A stretch of DNA of 64,000 nt from Dehalococcoidia bacterium (GCA_965207225.1 CBDBLV010000004.1:320001-384000), one strand, 5' to 3'. Shown: positions 19,063-29,574, numbered from the stretch's first letter. Notes: a model not told the origin generated them from the letters alone. Program-made: numbers and translations.

Positions 19063-21150
19063 ATGGGACTTAGACTTGGGGTCGACATCGGAGGAACTTT
19101 CACGGACCTCGCAGTAGTCGACGAAGATACCGGCGAGCAGACCACTTATAAACTCTCCTCAACGCCTTCCGACTACTCAGCCGCCGTAATTGAGGCCATA
19201 AAGGCTCTCTCTACCGACCACGGCATCGCACCGTCTTCCCTGTCATTCCTTTCCCACGCAACCACCGTAGTGACCAACGCCATCCTGGAGTCGAAGGGCG
19301 CCCGAGCTGCGCTGATTACCACCGACGGCTTTCGGGACATTCTTGAGATCCGGAGACAGTCTCGTGCGAAGCTGTACGACATTTTTCAGCCTCCACCCCA
19401 AGTGATCATCCCCAGGCACCTGCGCCTGGAGGTCTCCGAGCGGATCGATGCCTACGGAGACGTTTATAAGCCATTAGACGAGTCCGAGCTTGACCGAATC
19501 GTAGCCTTTCTGAAGGCCCATGAAGTCAAGGCCGTTGCGGTGTCCCTGCTCTTCTCCTTCCTGAACCCCGTTCACGAGCAGGCCATAGGGGAAGTTCTGC
19601 GTCGGGAGCTTCCGGAAGTCCGGACCTTCCTCTCCTCAGAGGTGCTCCCGGAGATGCGGGAATACGAGCGCAGCAGCACCGTGGCCGTTTGCGCTTACGT
19701 GGCTCCTGTCCTGGAAGGTTACCTGAAGCGCCTCAATGACTTTCTAGCCACAGACAATTATCCGTCGCTCTACCTGACGGGTTCCAGCGGCGGCGTATTC
19801 AGCGTAGAAGAGGGATTGCGGGTGCCGGCCATGCTGACAGAGTCTGGGCCGGCGGCGGGGGTTACTGCAACCGTTGCACTAGGCAACGTGCTGGGGCTGG
19901 ACCAGCTCATCTCATTCGACATGGGGGGCACCACTGCCAAGGCGTCCCTGGTGAACAATGGTGAGGTAAGCGTCACCACGGAGTACGAGGTCGGGGGGTC
20001 GGGCAACGTTCGGCGCTGGTTGCAGGGAACCGGCTATCCCATCAAGGTGCCGGTTGTAGACCTCGCGGAGGTTAGCGCAGGTGGCGGCAGCATAGCCTGG
20101 CTGGACGATGCGGGAGGCCTGAGAGTTGGGCCACAGAGTGCGGGCGCATCGCCGGGGCCTGCATGCTACGGACTCGGGGGGCAGGACCCGACGGTAACGG
20201 ATGCAGATGCGGTGCTCGGGTATCTGGATCCTGGACACTTTCTCGGGGGACGGATGGCCTTATCACTGGACGGTGCGGCAAAATCTATTGAAAAGACCGT
20301 TGGCAAGCCCCTTGGCCTGGAGTTGATGCAGGCGGCCCAGGGCATCGTGGACATCGTCAACTCCAACATGGCCGACGCCATACGCATGATTTCAATCGAG
20401 AGGGGCCACGACCCCCGGGAATACGCTTTAGTCGCTTTCGGGGGTGCGGGTCCCGTCCATGCGGGGCGTATCGGCGAGGAGTTGGGGATCAAGAAGGTAA
20501 TCATTCCACCAAATCCAGGGGTCTTTTCCGCCATGGGCCTCGTGTGCACGGACTTGAAGCGGGACTATGTGCGCAGCCTGTACACCCTTATGGCCGAAGA
20601 CGGTGTAGACGACCAGATGCGGCAGGTCCGGGACGAGATAACCACCGAGGCCCGGGACATGCTGGCCAGGTCGGGCATATCCAAAGAGAACTGGGAGTTC
20701 CGATATTCGATAGATATGCGCTATGGGCACCAGGCTTACGAGCTCACGGTGCCAGTCGAAAATTCGGAGATCGAAGCGGGAGCGTTGGATGCCATTGCCG
20801 AGCGGTTCCACGCCCAGCATTTCACAACGTATGACTACAATGCCCCCGACGAACCTATCCAGCTAGTGAACCTCCGGGTATCGGCTATCGGGAAGTTTGG
20901 GGCAGACTTCATCGCTTCCCGGAATTCCAATGGGAGAGGTAGTGGGAGCATATCGCCTCGCTCCCATCGAGAAATCTATTTCAAGGAAACGGGTCTGTCG
21001 TCCTGCCCAGTCTACGACAGGGGTGACCTGTACCCGGGCGCCGAGATTGAAGGCCCGGCTATTGTCCAGGAAAGCAGTTCAACCGTCATCGTTTATCCCA
21101 ACCAACGGGCCGCGGCAACGGAGTTCGGGACCATCGAGATCACAGTCTAG
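19063..21150 (+). CDS. Hydantoinase A / 5-oxoprolinase family subunit
   Basis: Motifs DIGGTFTD, HATTVVTNA, ESGPAAG, DMGGTT and GPQSAGASPGPACYG. Confidence 0.95.
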   Translation: MGLRLGVDIGGTFTDLAVVDEDTGEQTTYKLSSTPSDYSAAVIEAIKALSTDHGIAPSSLSFLSHATTVVTNAILESKGARAALITTDGFRDILEIRRQSRAKLYDIFQPPPQVIIPRHLRLEVSERIDAYGDVYKPLDESELDRIVAFLKAHEVKAVAVSLLFSFLNPVHEQAIGEVLRRELPEVRTFLSSEVLPEMREYERSSTVAVCAYVAPVLEGYLKRLNDFLATDNYPSLYLTGSSGGVFSVEEGLRVPAMLTESGPAAGVTATVALGNVLGLDQLISFDMGGTTAKASLVNNGEVSVTTEYEVGGSGNVRRWLQGTGYPIKVPVVDLAEVSAGGGSIAWLDDAGGLRVGPQSAGASPGPACYGLGGQDPTVTDADAVLGYLDPGHFLGGRMALSLDGAAKSIEKTVGKPLGLELMQAAQGIVDIVNSNMADAIRMISIERGHDPREYALVAFGGAGPVHAGRIGEELGIKKVIIPPNPGVFSAMGLVCTDLKRDYVRSLYTLMAEDGVDDQMRQVRDEITTEARDMLARSGISKENWEFRYSIDMRYGHQAYELTVPVENSEIEAGALDAIAERFHAQHFTTYDYNAPDEPIQLVNLRVSAIGKFGADFIASRNSNGRGSGSISPRSHREIYFKETGLSSCPVYDRGDLYPGAEIEGPAIVQESSSTVIVYPNQRAAATEFGTIEITV

Positions 21151-21168
21151 GCACGAAGGACTGACGCC

Positions 21169-22911
21169 ATGCATGAGGACATCGATCCCATCACCTTCCA
21201 GGTCATCAAGAACAGCCTTCTGTCGGCCGCCGAGGAGATGAAGGTAGTCCTTGCGAAGACGGCGTACTCGCCCATTCTGAAGCTGGCGGGCGACTATTCA
21301 TGCGGGATTTTCGATGCGTCGGGGAACATGGTGGCCCAGGGCCCAGACATCCCCATTCACCTCGGGTCCATGCCCCTTTCCGTGAAGGCCATACTTGCTC
21401 GAGCCGACGACATTTCCCCCGGTGACGTATTTATTCACAACGACCCCTATTTCGGTGGATCACACTTACCGGACGTGAATGTCATTACGCCAATCTACCT
21501 GAACGACGACCTGCTTCTGGGGTTTACATGCGTGAGGGCCCACTGGCCGGACGTCGGGTCTGCAAGCCCCGGCTCCTACGGCGCTACGACCGAGATCTAC
21601 GGTGAAGGGCTTCGGCTCCCGGGGGTGCGGCTGTTCACCCAAGGGACGTTGAACCGGGACATCGACGACCTGATCTTTTCCAACGTTCGCACACCGGAGG
21701 AGAGGAGAGGCGACCTCCGGGCCCAGGTGGCGGCCAACCATCGGGGCTCGCTGCGGGTACAGGGGCTGGCTGAGAAGTATGGGGTCGACATGATACGGGA
21801 GATGATGCAGGGGATCCAGGACTACTCCGAGCGGATGATCCGCAACCAGCTCGACCGGTTCGAGGACGGTGAGTTCTACTACGAAGACTTCTGCGACGGC
21901 GACGGCATCCTGGGAATCGGCCAGACGGAGGACGAGAACATCAACATACGTCTCCGGGTAAACAAGGTCGACGACCACCTGACGGTGGATTTCACGGGGT
22001 CGGACGGGCAGGTAGACGGACCTATGAACGCGCCTCTGGCTGTGACTGCGTCGGGGGTGTACACGGCGGTGAAGATGATCGCCGACCCCAACGACCTTAT
22101 CCCGCCCAATTCAGGCACGTGGCGGGCCATAGGCGTGAACGCTCCTGAGGGCTCGGTGGTCAACGTGCTTCCGCCGGCGCCGGTGGTATTCGCGAATCAT
22201 GAGATGACCCACCGGATCTGTGACATGGTGTTCGGGGCCGTGGCGCCAGGGTACCCCAATAATGTGCTGGCCGGCTCTCAAGGCACCTCCGCAATACTGA
22301 CCGTCGGAGGGTTGCATCCCAGGACCAAAAAACGATACGTGAGCTACGAGACTGTAGCCGGCGGTATGGGCGCCCGGCCCAACCAGGACGGCATCAGCAG
22401 CGTGAAGGTCGGCATATCCAACACCATGAACTCGCCGGTTGAGCAGATCGAGATGCGGTTCCCGATCATGATTGACCGCTATGAGCTGATAAATGACTCG
22501 GGCGGGGCGGGGAAGTACAGGGGGGGTCTCGGGGCGAGGCGCGTGACCCGGGTCATGGGGCACACGGCCATGGTGACCACCTGCTGCGAGCGCATGATAT
22601 CGCCGCCCTTTGGGCTGCAGGGCGGCAAACCGGGCGCGGTCAGCCACATCACCATGAGGGACAAGGAAGGCAACGAGAGCGCAGTGGCGGGCAAGGGGCC
22701 ACCGTTCCCCATAGGTGACGGGAGCGAGATCTGGTACGACGTTGCTGGCTCGGGGGGGTACGGAGACCCCAGGGAGCGGGACCCGGAGGCCGTGCGCCAG
22801 GACGTAATCAACGAATACGTCTCGGAGGAAGCGGCGGCCCGGGACTATGGTGTCGATCCGGCAGAGATGCGCTGCCCGTACTGCGGTGCGGAGTCGGAAG
22901 CTGCGGGATAG
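21169..22911 (+). CDS. Hydantoinase B / 5-oxoprolinase family subunit
   Basis: Motifs DPITFQV, PIHLGS, NDPYFGGSHLPD, HWPDVG, DSGGAGKYRGG and GGYGDP. Confidence 0.95.
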   Translation: MHEDIDPITFQVIKNSLLSAAEEMKVVLAKTAYSPILKLAGDYSCGIFDASGNMVAQGPDIPIHLGSMPLSVKAILARADDISPGDVFIHNDPYFGGSHLPDVNVITPIYLNDDLLLGFTCVRAHWPDVGSASPGSYGATTEIYGEGLRLPGVRLFTQGTLNRDIDDLIFSNVRTPEERRGDLRAQVAANHRGSLRVQGLAEKYGVDMIREMMQGIQDYSERMIRNQLDRFEDGEFYYEDFCDGDGILGIGQTEDENINIRLRVNKVDDHLTVDFTGSDGQVDGPMNAPLAVTASGVYTAVKMIADPNDLIPPNSGTWRAIGVNAPEGSVVNVLPPAPVVFANHEMTHRICDMVFGAVAPGYPNNVLAGSQGTSAILTVGGLHPRTKKRYVSYETVAGGMGARPNQDGISSVKVGISNTMNSPVEQIEMRFPIMIDRYELINDSGGAGKYRGGLGARRVTRVMGHTAMVTTCCERMISPPFGLQGGKPGAVSHITMRDKEGNESAVAGKGPPFPIGDGSEIWYDVAGSGGYGDPRERDPEAVRQDVINEYVSEEAAARDYGVDPAEMRCPYCGAESEAAG

Positions 22912-23352
22912 CTACTTTCGCCAGACTGACGAACCCCCGACCTTTACCACCGGCACGTTGTCCTGGTTGGTGAACAGGGCTTCCTTCTTCAGGAAGACCA
23001 TCGGCCCGGAACGTCCGGTTTTCGGATAGACGTCCGTGACTCTAATGGTGGCCCTGAGCACGTCCCCGGGCACTATGTCGGCGATGGGCTCTACCCAGTA
23101 TCCCGCCAGGTACAGGACCCCGTCGAAGTCGAGCTGGAGGTCGGGGGGGTCCCAGTTGTCTATCAACACCACGGGCAAGGAGGGCGGCGCAATGACGTTT
23201 TGGGAACCTCCATTGGGGTTGAACTTTGGGTTAGCATCGCCGGTGGAAGAAGAGTAGAGGCCTATCATCTCCCGGGTGATGTAGAACGGGCCAATACTGT
23301 ACTCGGTGTCCAGGATTTCCCGGTTGAATCGGACTTCAAAGAGTTCAGCCAT
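22912..23352 (-). CDS. MaoC/FAS1-type dehydratase-like hotdog protein
   Basis: GDANP...APP, PGDVL, KTGRSGPMVF and NQDN. Confidence 0.8.
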   Translation of the reverse strand: MAELFEVRFNREILDTEYSIGPFYITREMIGLYSSSTGDANPKFNPNGGSQNVIAPPSLPVVLIDNWDPPDLQLDFDGVLYLAGYWVEPIADIVPGDVLRATIRVTDVYPKTGRSGPMVFLKKEALFTNQDNVPVVKVGGSSVWRK

Positions 23353-23357
23353 GGCAG

Positions 23358-24011
23358 CTACCGGGCCGGGGCGAGGTCTTCCAGCCGGACTGCTTCGAAA
23401 GCGCCCTTTTTGAGCTCTTCGACCAACTCTTCCATATTGTCGACTGAGGTTTCGAATCGGGTTGCGTATTTGCCTATGGCGTTGACAAAGTGGGCATCAC
23501 TCCCCCCGATACCCCTAAAGCCCCGCTGTTCCGCCAACTCCTGGGCCCTCTCGTTCTCTGCGGTCGAGCTGCCGCCGTTCAGGATCTCCACCACTTGAAC
23601 GTCGGGCGCCGATGCACCATTTTCGATGAACTCACGAAGCCCGATCCTCTTGCGGCCGGGGTGGGCGGGGACACAAAAGGCGCCCGAAGCGTGAGCTTCT
23701 CGAACGAGGGCCACTGCGTCCATTGTCACGTCAGTAAAGTCGAACTTGTTTAGCAGGTAGTCGTTGACCCCGTACACAAGGATATGGCCCCGGTTGGTGT
23801 CCAGCTCAGTGGCCTTGAATATCCGGATGCTGTACTCCTCCTCGAGGTCAGAGTAGTCCCCGTCCTTGTCGAAGCCACGGTGCTCGGTGAGGACTATCGC
23901 GTCCAGGGATCCCTTCTTCCTGACCACTTTGGAGATCCACTTGGCATATTGTTCAACCGTCGCCCGAGAGTCGTCGGAGAAGACGGAGTGGGAGTGCATG
24001 TCGATGATCAT
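23358..24011 (-). CDS. PHP-domain metallo-phosphoesterase-like protein
   Basis: Motifs IDMHSH, SDDS, LTEH, GHILVYG, AHP and GGSDAH. Confidence 0.9.
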   Translation of the reverse strand: MIIDMHSHSVFSDDSRATVEQYAKWISKVVRKKGSLDAIVLTEHRGFDKDGDYSDLEEEYSIRIFKATELDTNRGHILVYGVNDYLLNKFDFTDVTMDAVALVREAHASGAFCVPAHPGRKRIGLREFIENGASAPDVQVVEILNGGSSTAENERAQELAEQRGFRGIGGSDAHFVNAIGKYATRFETSVDNMEELVEELKKGAFEAVRLEDLAPAR

Positions 24012-24102
24012 ATAGGCTGGTACCCGCTAGTTTAGGTTCGGGAGCGCGGAGCTACTTTAGCAACGGGCCAAATCGGGGTCAAGGATGGGGAGCGCTTTCG
24101 CT

Positions 24103-25116
24103 TCACCTGGCAAAGGCGTCGAATACGGCGTCCAGGTAACGTTCTTTGCTAATCCCGGAGCCATAGCTGTTCTGGGCAAACTGGATGGAATCCACGAATT
24201 CCCCGTACTCCCCGACCCGGCGCCGCACCTCGTCCACTGAGCCGACGACTGCAAATGCTTCGACCATCTCGTCGGGGACGGCCTCTATGACTTCAGGGCA
24301 ATAACCCTTCTCCAGGAAGATGTCCCTGATGTTCGCGGCCTCTTTCCCAAAACCGTGCCAGTCGAATATGGGTTGGTAGAGCCTGGTTACTGCGGAGAAG
24401 GCGATGGTGTCCTTATAGTCGTGGATTCCCTGTCGTCTGTCGTTGGTGATGGCCACGCTTATGCAGGCGCAAAAGTCGAAGTCTTCTCTACGTCGACCCG
24501 AGCGGGCCAGGCCCTTCTCGACGTTGGGTAGCATGACTTCCTTTATCCATGACGGGGAGCAGATCGAGTGGGGCATCAGTCCGTCGGCGACGTCTCCGGC
24601 CATCCGGCACATGCCTTGCTGCATGGCGCCGACGTATATGGGGATGTTATCGCGGGGCATCCTTTGAGCCCGATGCCAGCCATCAATGTTCACATCGTAA
24701 TAATCGCCCTTGAACCTGACCGGCCTGCCTTTTGAGGCGTCCTCGATAACGGCCCTGGTCAACTGGATACACTCCTTCATGTGGGGAGCGGGCCGGCCGT
24801 GGGGAACGCCGTACCATCGTTCGTTGATGGTGCGGAATGCCGGGGCCAAGCCCAAGGTGAAGCGCCCGTTAGAGAGGGAATCCAGGTCGAGGGCCGAGAG
24901 CGCGGTCTCCATGGGGCTGCGGGTAAAGGCATAGGCGATGTTAGTGCCTATGCCAATAGATTTGGTCTCACGGGCGATGGCTGCAAGAGGAATGAAGGGC
25001 GAGTTGTAGTAGTGGGTGGACCAGATGCCATCAAAGCCTGAGTTCTCCGCCCGTTTGGCGAGGGAGATCTGGTCTTCCAGGTCGGCGTCTATGTTGAGGC
25101 CAAGGTAGTATTTCAT
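24103..25116 (-). CDS. Luciferase-like (LLM) flavin/F420-dependent oxidoreductase
   Basis: AENSGFDGIW, NIAYAFTRSP, LSNGRFTLGL and AGDVADG. Start re-called at MKYYLG. Confidence 0.9.
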   Translation of the reverse strand: MKYYLGLNIDADLEDQISLAKRAENSGFDGIWSTHYYNSPFIPLAAIARETKSIGIGTNIAYAFTRSPMETALSALDLDSLSNGRFTLGLAPAFRTINERWYGVPHGRPAPHMKECIQLTRAVIEDASKGRPVRFKGDYYDVNIDGWHRAQRMPRDNIPIYVGAMQQGMCRMAGDVADGLMPHSICSPSWIKEVMLPNVEKGLARSGRRREDFDFCACISVAITNDRRQGIHDYKDTIAFSAVTRLYQPIFDWHGFGKEAANIRDIFLEKGYCPEVIEAVPDEMVEAFAVVGSVDEVRRRVGEYGEFVDSIQFAQNSYGSGISKERYLDAVFDAFAR

Positions 25117-25159
25117 ACCAGGCCGCCGATCATCCCGGCACATTCAGCGATCTCATCCA

Positions 25160-26185
25160 CTAGTTCGCGAACACCTCGAAGAGGCGCTTTTCGTATTCTT
25201 CGTGGACATCATCGGGGATGAAGTTGTGGGGAACTTCCAGGTCGACGGCGTCGCAGAATTCTTCGAACTGGGCCACGCGGGCCCGGGCCTCGTCTGCGTT
25301 GCCGACCACTACGAAGGTGTCGACCATCTCATCGTGGATGGGCTCCAGCACCTCGTCACCGAAGCCTTGCAGCTTCACGAAGGCTTCCCTGATCTGGTCA
25401 GCCTCTTTTTCGTAGCCGTGCCAGTTTACTAAGGGCTGGTATGTGCGGATGGTGGTGTAGAAGCCGGGTGTGCCCCTCGCGTCCCGGTAGCCCTGCTTCT
25501 TGTCGTTGGTGATGGCAACGGTTACGGCAGCGCGGATCTCGATGTCCTTGCGCTCTCTGCCGGAGCGGCTCAGCCCCTTGGCTATGTTCGGTATAACCAT
25601 CTGCTTGACCCATTCAAGGGACCACATGGGGAATCCAAGAACGCCATCGGCGACATCTCCCGCGGCGCGGAGCATTCCATCCCGGACAGCCGCCATGTAT
25701 ATCGGGACCCGGCCGTTAATTGGCTTGTGGGGCCCTTCCCAGCCCCGCATGTCGATATCGTAGTACTCCCCTTCGAACCTGACGGGTTCGCCCGACGATA
25801 CACCGTCTATGATCGACCGGATGGCCCGAACGCATTCCTTGAGGTGAGGGGCAGGTCTCCCGTAGTTAGGGACACCGTGCCACATCTCGTTGAGCCGCCT
25901 GACGCCCGATCCCAGGCCCAGTATGAAGCGTCCGTTGGTGATTGCGTCCAAGTCCAGGGAGGTGATGACGGTTTCCAGGGGACTGCGGGTGAAGCCGTAA
26001 GCGATGCTGGAACCCAGCTTGATCCTGCTGGTGTGGGGAGCGACGGTGGCGAGAGGTACGAAAGGCGACGTGAACAGCTCGTTAGACCAGGCTGCATCGA
26101 AGCCTGCGTCCTCGATTTTGCGGGCCTTGGCGATGAGGGCCTCCGGTTCCATGGTGTCGCCCAGTGCGTATCCGTATCTGCCCAT
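25160..26185 (-). CDS. Luciferase-like (LLM) flavin/F420-dependent oxidoreductase
   Basis: EDAGFDAAW, GFTRSP, NGRFILGLGSG and AGDVADG; paralog of the adjacent gene. Confidence 0.92.
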   Translation of the reverse strand: MGRYGYALGDTMEPEALIAKARKIEDAGFDAAWSNELFTSPFVPLATVAPHTSRIKLGSSIAYGFTRSPLETVITSLDLDAITNGRFILGLGSGVRRLNEMWHGVPNYGRPAPHLKECVRAIRSIIDGVSSGEPVRFEGEYYDIDMRGWEGPHKPINGRVPIYMAAVRDGMLRAAGDVADGVLGFPMWSLEWVKQMVIPNIAKGLSRSGRERKDIEIRAAVTVAITNDKKQGYRDARGTPGFYTTIRTYQPLVNWHGYEKEADQIREAFVKLQGFGDEVLEPIHDEMVDTFVVVGNADEARARVAQFEEFCDAVDLEVPHNFIPDDVHEEYEKRLFEVFAN

Positions 26186-26309
26186 GCGATGGTCCTCCCT
26201 GGAGTCTTTGTGAGTCTCGGGGCTGCGGGCTAATATACAGGCCGGTTCCCGAGGGTGGCAATCGCGTTACAATGAACGGAGGCGGCTACGTTTAGCTTTG
26301 GAGGTTGAC

Positions 26310-26768
26310 ATGGCAATCAAACCTACTCGGTTGGGACACCTGGTACTCAGGGTCCGGAACGTTAAAAAGTCGAAAGAGTTTTACGGCGGTGTTCTCGGGC
26401 TGGAGGTGAAGGAGCCGGCCGGGGACAAGATGGTGTTCTTCAGGAGCAACCCCGAGGTAGACCATGACCTGGCAGTGATGGAGATTGGGGAAGAGGCGTC
26501 GGGACCCGACTCTAATGGGGTAGGGCTGTACCACTTCGCGTATGAACTCGGGTCATTCGAGGAGCTTCAGGACGCTTACAGGACGGTCCTGGACAACGAT
26601 GTTCGAATTGCCGGTTACGGCGACCACGGTGACACCAAGGGCCTGTATATATTCGACCCCGACGGGAACGAGATCGAACTCTACGCCCTGGCCCCGGGGA
26701 GCGAGGACCTGAAGCTGGAGTCGATGCTGAAGGAGGGGGTTGGGGCGCCGAGCGGCGTAGCAGGCTAG
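26310..26768 (+). CDS. VOC/glyoxalase family protein (extradiol-dioxygenase-like)
   Basis: Motifs LGHLVLRV, DHDLAV, GLYHFAYE and YIFDPDGNEIE. Confidence 0.88.
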   Translation: MAIKPTRLGHLVLRVRNVKKSKEFYGGVLGLEVKEPAGDKMVFFRSNPEVDHDLAVMEIGEEASGPDSNGVGLYHFAYELGSFEELQDAYRTVLDNDVRIAGYGDHGDTKGLYIFDPDGNEIELYALAPGSEDLKLESMLKEGVGAPSGVAG

Positions 26769-26879
26769 GCTGCACCCGCCCTATGCTATAATCGCCCACG
26801 ATTTCACCCCCGGCACACTGGCTTTCTGCAGTGTCACTGGGGGTCCGGCCCGTACCTGCAGCGCATCCCTGGAGGAACT

Positions 26880-28247
26880 ATGAAGACCGCATTGGCAGAG
26901 GAACAGTTTGTAAAGACTCACCCGAAGTCCCAGGCCCTGGCTGAGAGGGCCAAGAGCCTGTTCCCGGACGGGGTGACGCACGATGGGCGAAAGCTCAATC
27001 CCTTTCCCATCTACATGGAGAGGCTGCAAGGCGCCAGGAAGTGGTGTGTAGATGGAGACGAGTACATTTGCTACGTAACGGGGCACGGGGCCTCGATATT
27101 GGGGCACGCTCACCCGGAAGTGGTTGAGGCGGTACAGCGGCAGGTCGCACTCGGCAGTCACGGGAGCGGCTCCAGCGCCCAGGAAATCGAGCTGGCGGAA
27201 CTTATCCTCAAGCTATATCCATCTGCCGACAAGCTGCGCTTTACAAGCTCGGGAACGGAGGCCAACATGATGGCCGTGCGTCTGGCCCGGGCGGCGACAG
27301 GACGGCCCAAGCTGGCCAAGCTGCAGGGCAATTTTCACGGCTGGGCCGACGCTCTCTATGCGGGCATCGATCCGCCGTTTGACATGCCTTCCGCGGGCCT
27401 GGCCCCGGGTGTACACGAGAGCGTGATCACTCTCCCCACGAATGATGTACAGGCCCTTGAAAACGCCCTGTCTAACCGGGACGTGGCCGCGCTCATCATC
27501 GAAGGGGCAGGGGCGCACATGGGGTCGGTTCCCACTTCAGCTGAATACGCTCACGCTGCTCGGGAGCTATGCACCAAGTACGGCACCGTCTTTATCATCG
27601 ACGAGGTGGTGAGTGGGTTCAGGTGGGCGCCGGGCGGGTGGCAGGAGACCATCGGGGTCGAGCCGGACATCTCGACGATGGCCAAGATCCTCATGGGGGC
27701 CATGCCGGGGGGCTGCGTGGCGGGCAAAGAGGAGCTGCTGAATGTCATCCAACACACGGATGATCCGGCGCGGGACCGGGCCAGGAGGATGCCCCATCCC
27801 GGCACCTTCAACGCCAACCCCGTATCGCTGGCCGCGGGAATTGCATGCCTGAATATAATCGCCACGGGGGAACCCCACCGTATTGCGAACGCTGCAGCAG
27901 AGACGATTAGGCAGCAGATGCACGCGGCGATACAGGAGCGGGGAATCTCGGGGTTCTGCTACGGGGATGCGTCGATGTTCCACGTATATCTCGGGGACAC
28001 GGACTCGGACCCCACGCAGTATTCCAAGCTACCCGCAGCGACGGCGGAGACCCTGTTCAAGGGTGGCAACGGCCTGGCCACGGGGAACCTGAGGAAGCAG
28101 ATGCTGTTCAACGGCGTCGACTGCTGGCTCCGCATCGGGATTTGCTCCATGGCCCATGACGACGAAGCCATCGAAAAGACGATGGATGCCTTTAACAAGG
28201 GGCTGGATGCGATTCTCGAGGATGGGGTTGCGCCGTTGAGGGGTTGA
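26880..28247 (+). CDS. Class III aminotransferase (GSA-aminomutase-like)
   Basis: Motifs RFTSSGTEA, FHGW, IIDEVVSGFR, TMAK (PLP lysine) and GTFNANP. Confidence 0.92.
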   Translation: MKTALAEEQFVKTHPKSQALAERAKSLFPDGVTHDGRKLNPFPIYMERLQGARKWCVDGDEYICYVTGHGASILGHAHPEVVEAVQRQVALGSHGSGSSAQEIELAELILKLYPSADKLRFTSSGTEANMMAVRLARAATGRPKLAKLQGNFHGWADALYAGIDPPFDMPSAGLAPGVHESVITLPTNDVQALENALSNRDVAALIIEGAGAHMGSVPTSAEYAHAARELCTKYGTVFIIDEVVSGFRWAPGGWQETIGVEPDISTMAKILMGAMPGGCVAGKEELLNVIQHTDDPARDRARRMPHPGTFNANPVSLAAGIACLNIIATGEPHRIANAAAETIRQQMHAAIQERGISGFCYGDASMFHVYLGDTDSDPTQYSKLPAATAETLFKGGNGLATGNLRKQMLFNGVDCWLRIGICSMAHDDEAIEKTMDAFNKGLDAILEDGVAPLRG

Positions 28248-28268
28248 TTCTCTTTTCCGCCACCGATG

Positions 28269-28306
28269 AAAGACGAGGCCCCTGTGTGACAGGGGCCTCG
28301 TCTTTT
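28269..28306. terminator. Bidirectional intrinsic terminator
   Basis: AAAGACGAGGCCCCTGT-GTG-ACAGGGGCCTCGTCTTTT between convergent genes. Confidence 0.88.
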
Positions 28307-28322
28307 GCTGTGGATAACGAGT

Positions 28323-29540
28323 CTAGCTTTTCACGACGATCCATTCGTTGGTGGGGGCGGAGGTTAGGATTTCGCAGCCGGATTCGGTGACGGCGATGCT
28401 TTCGCTGGCTCCGATGACGAAGCGGGCCGGGACCCGGAAGGAGTGGGGGGTGTGGAAGGTCATGCCGGGTTCCAATACCCGGTGATTGCCCTCGGCGATG
28501 TACATGGGGCCGTCAGTCCAGGTCGGGGGGAAGCCGAGACCTATGGAATAGCCGAAGTGGCCTGACCTGAAGATCTCTTCGTCTACATCCTTAACGCCTC
28601 TTTTCACCTCAACTGCGACCTCGTGGGCGGTGCGGCCTGCGCGGACGTTGGAATAGACCAGTTCCAGGGTTGCGCGGTTCGCGTCGATTATCCGCTTGGC
28701 GGTGTCGGAGGGCTTGCCGAGGACTACGGTGCGCATCTGGGGAGCGGTGTAGCGGTGCCAGCAGCCTCCGAACTCCAGCAGGACGTGGTCTCCCGCGCCG
28801 ATGGCCTGGCGCTTGAAGGTTGTGTGGAACCACCCGGACCTGTGAGCAGCGCTGGTTATGGGGTCGATGGAGAAGGGTTCGGAGCCAAGGTCGATCATCT
28901 TCTTGGACGCAAGGGCCGAGATCTGATTTTCGTTGGTACCGGCATCCGTCGCCTCTATGGCGGCAGCCATGCCAGCGGCAGTGATCTCTGCGGCTTTTCT
29001 CATGTGTGCAAGCTCGGCCTCCGATTTGGTGACCCGGATGTCGAACATCAGGGTGGTAGCATCTACAAACTCAGCATTCGGGAGGAGTTCTTTGAGGCGG
29101 AGGTAGGCCCGGGCGTCGAGGGGGCCGCGCAAGCCCATCTCGATGCTGCCCAACTGGACGCCGATGTTGCTATTGGCGAAGCCGCGGTCTGCGAGTAACT
29201 GTGCTAACTGCGTAGGCGCAACGTCGGCGCCCACCCAAGAGAAGGTGACGATGTCCTTAACGTAGCCCTGCAGGACAGCCAGGGCACCTTCAATCTCTCC
29301 AACCTGCATGAAGGGCTCGCCGTGACGGGGGACTATGAGGCAGGCGTAGGCCTCGGGCCAGAGGCTCTGGTAGCCGCTCAGGTAGCAGTTGTCGACGATG
29401 GCGTGGACGAGCAGCACGTCGATGCCGGCCTGGTCCATGGCTTGACGGGTCTTTGCCAGTCGGGCTCGGTATTCGGACTCGGGGAAGCTCCACTCCCGGG
29501 GAACGGGCTCTTTGAGGCATTCTTGCAGGTAGTCGACCAT
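28323..29540 (-). CDS. M24 (Xaa-Pro peptidase/creatinase/ectoine-hydrolase-like) protein
   Basis: F-x-x-SEY-x-ARL, YLSGY, KSEAEL, HRYTAPQMRT and GYSIGLGFPP. Confidence 0.88.
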   Translation of the reverse strand: MVDYLQECLKEPVPREWSFPESEYRARLAKTRQAMDQAGIDVLLVHAIVDNCYLSGYQSLWPEAYACLIVPRHGEPFMQVGEIEGALAVLQGYVKDIVTFSWVGADVAPTQLAQLLADRGFANSNIGVQLGSIEMGLRGPLDARAYLRLKELLPNAEFVDATTLMFDIRVTKSEAELAHMRKAAEITAAGMAAAIEATDAGTNENQISALASKKMIDLGSEPFSIDPITSAAHRSGWFHTTFKRQAIGAGDHVLLEFGGCWHRYTAPQMRTVVLGKPSDTAKRIIDANRATLELVYSNVRAGRTAHEVAVEVKRGVKDVDEEIFRSGHFGYSIGLGFPPTWTDGPMYIAEGNHRVLEPGMTFHTPHSFRVPARFVIGASESIAVTESGCEILTSAPTNEWIVVKS

Positions 29541-29574
29541 TACGACCTCCCAGGTAAATTTAGACAGCCGGTGG

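Noticed and set aside
22860-22900. CPYC motif at the C-terminus of hydantoinase B as a zinc-finger domain
   Set aside because: Only one CxxC pair in a short tail, which is insufficient evidence.
26880-28247. hemL assignment
   Set aside because: Divergent from canonical HemL motifs and not in a tetrapyrrole context, so left as a class III aminotransferase.
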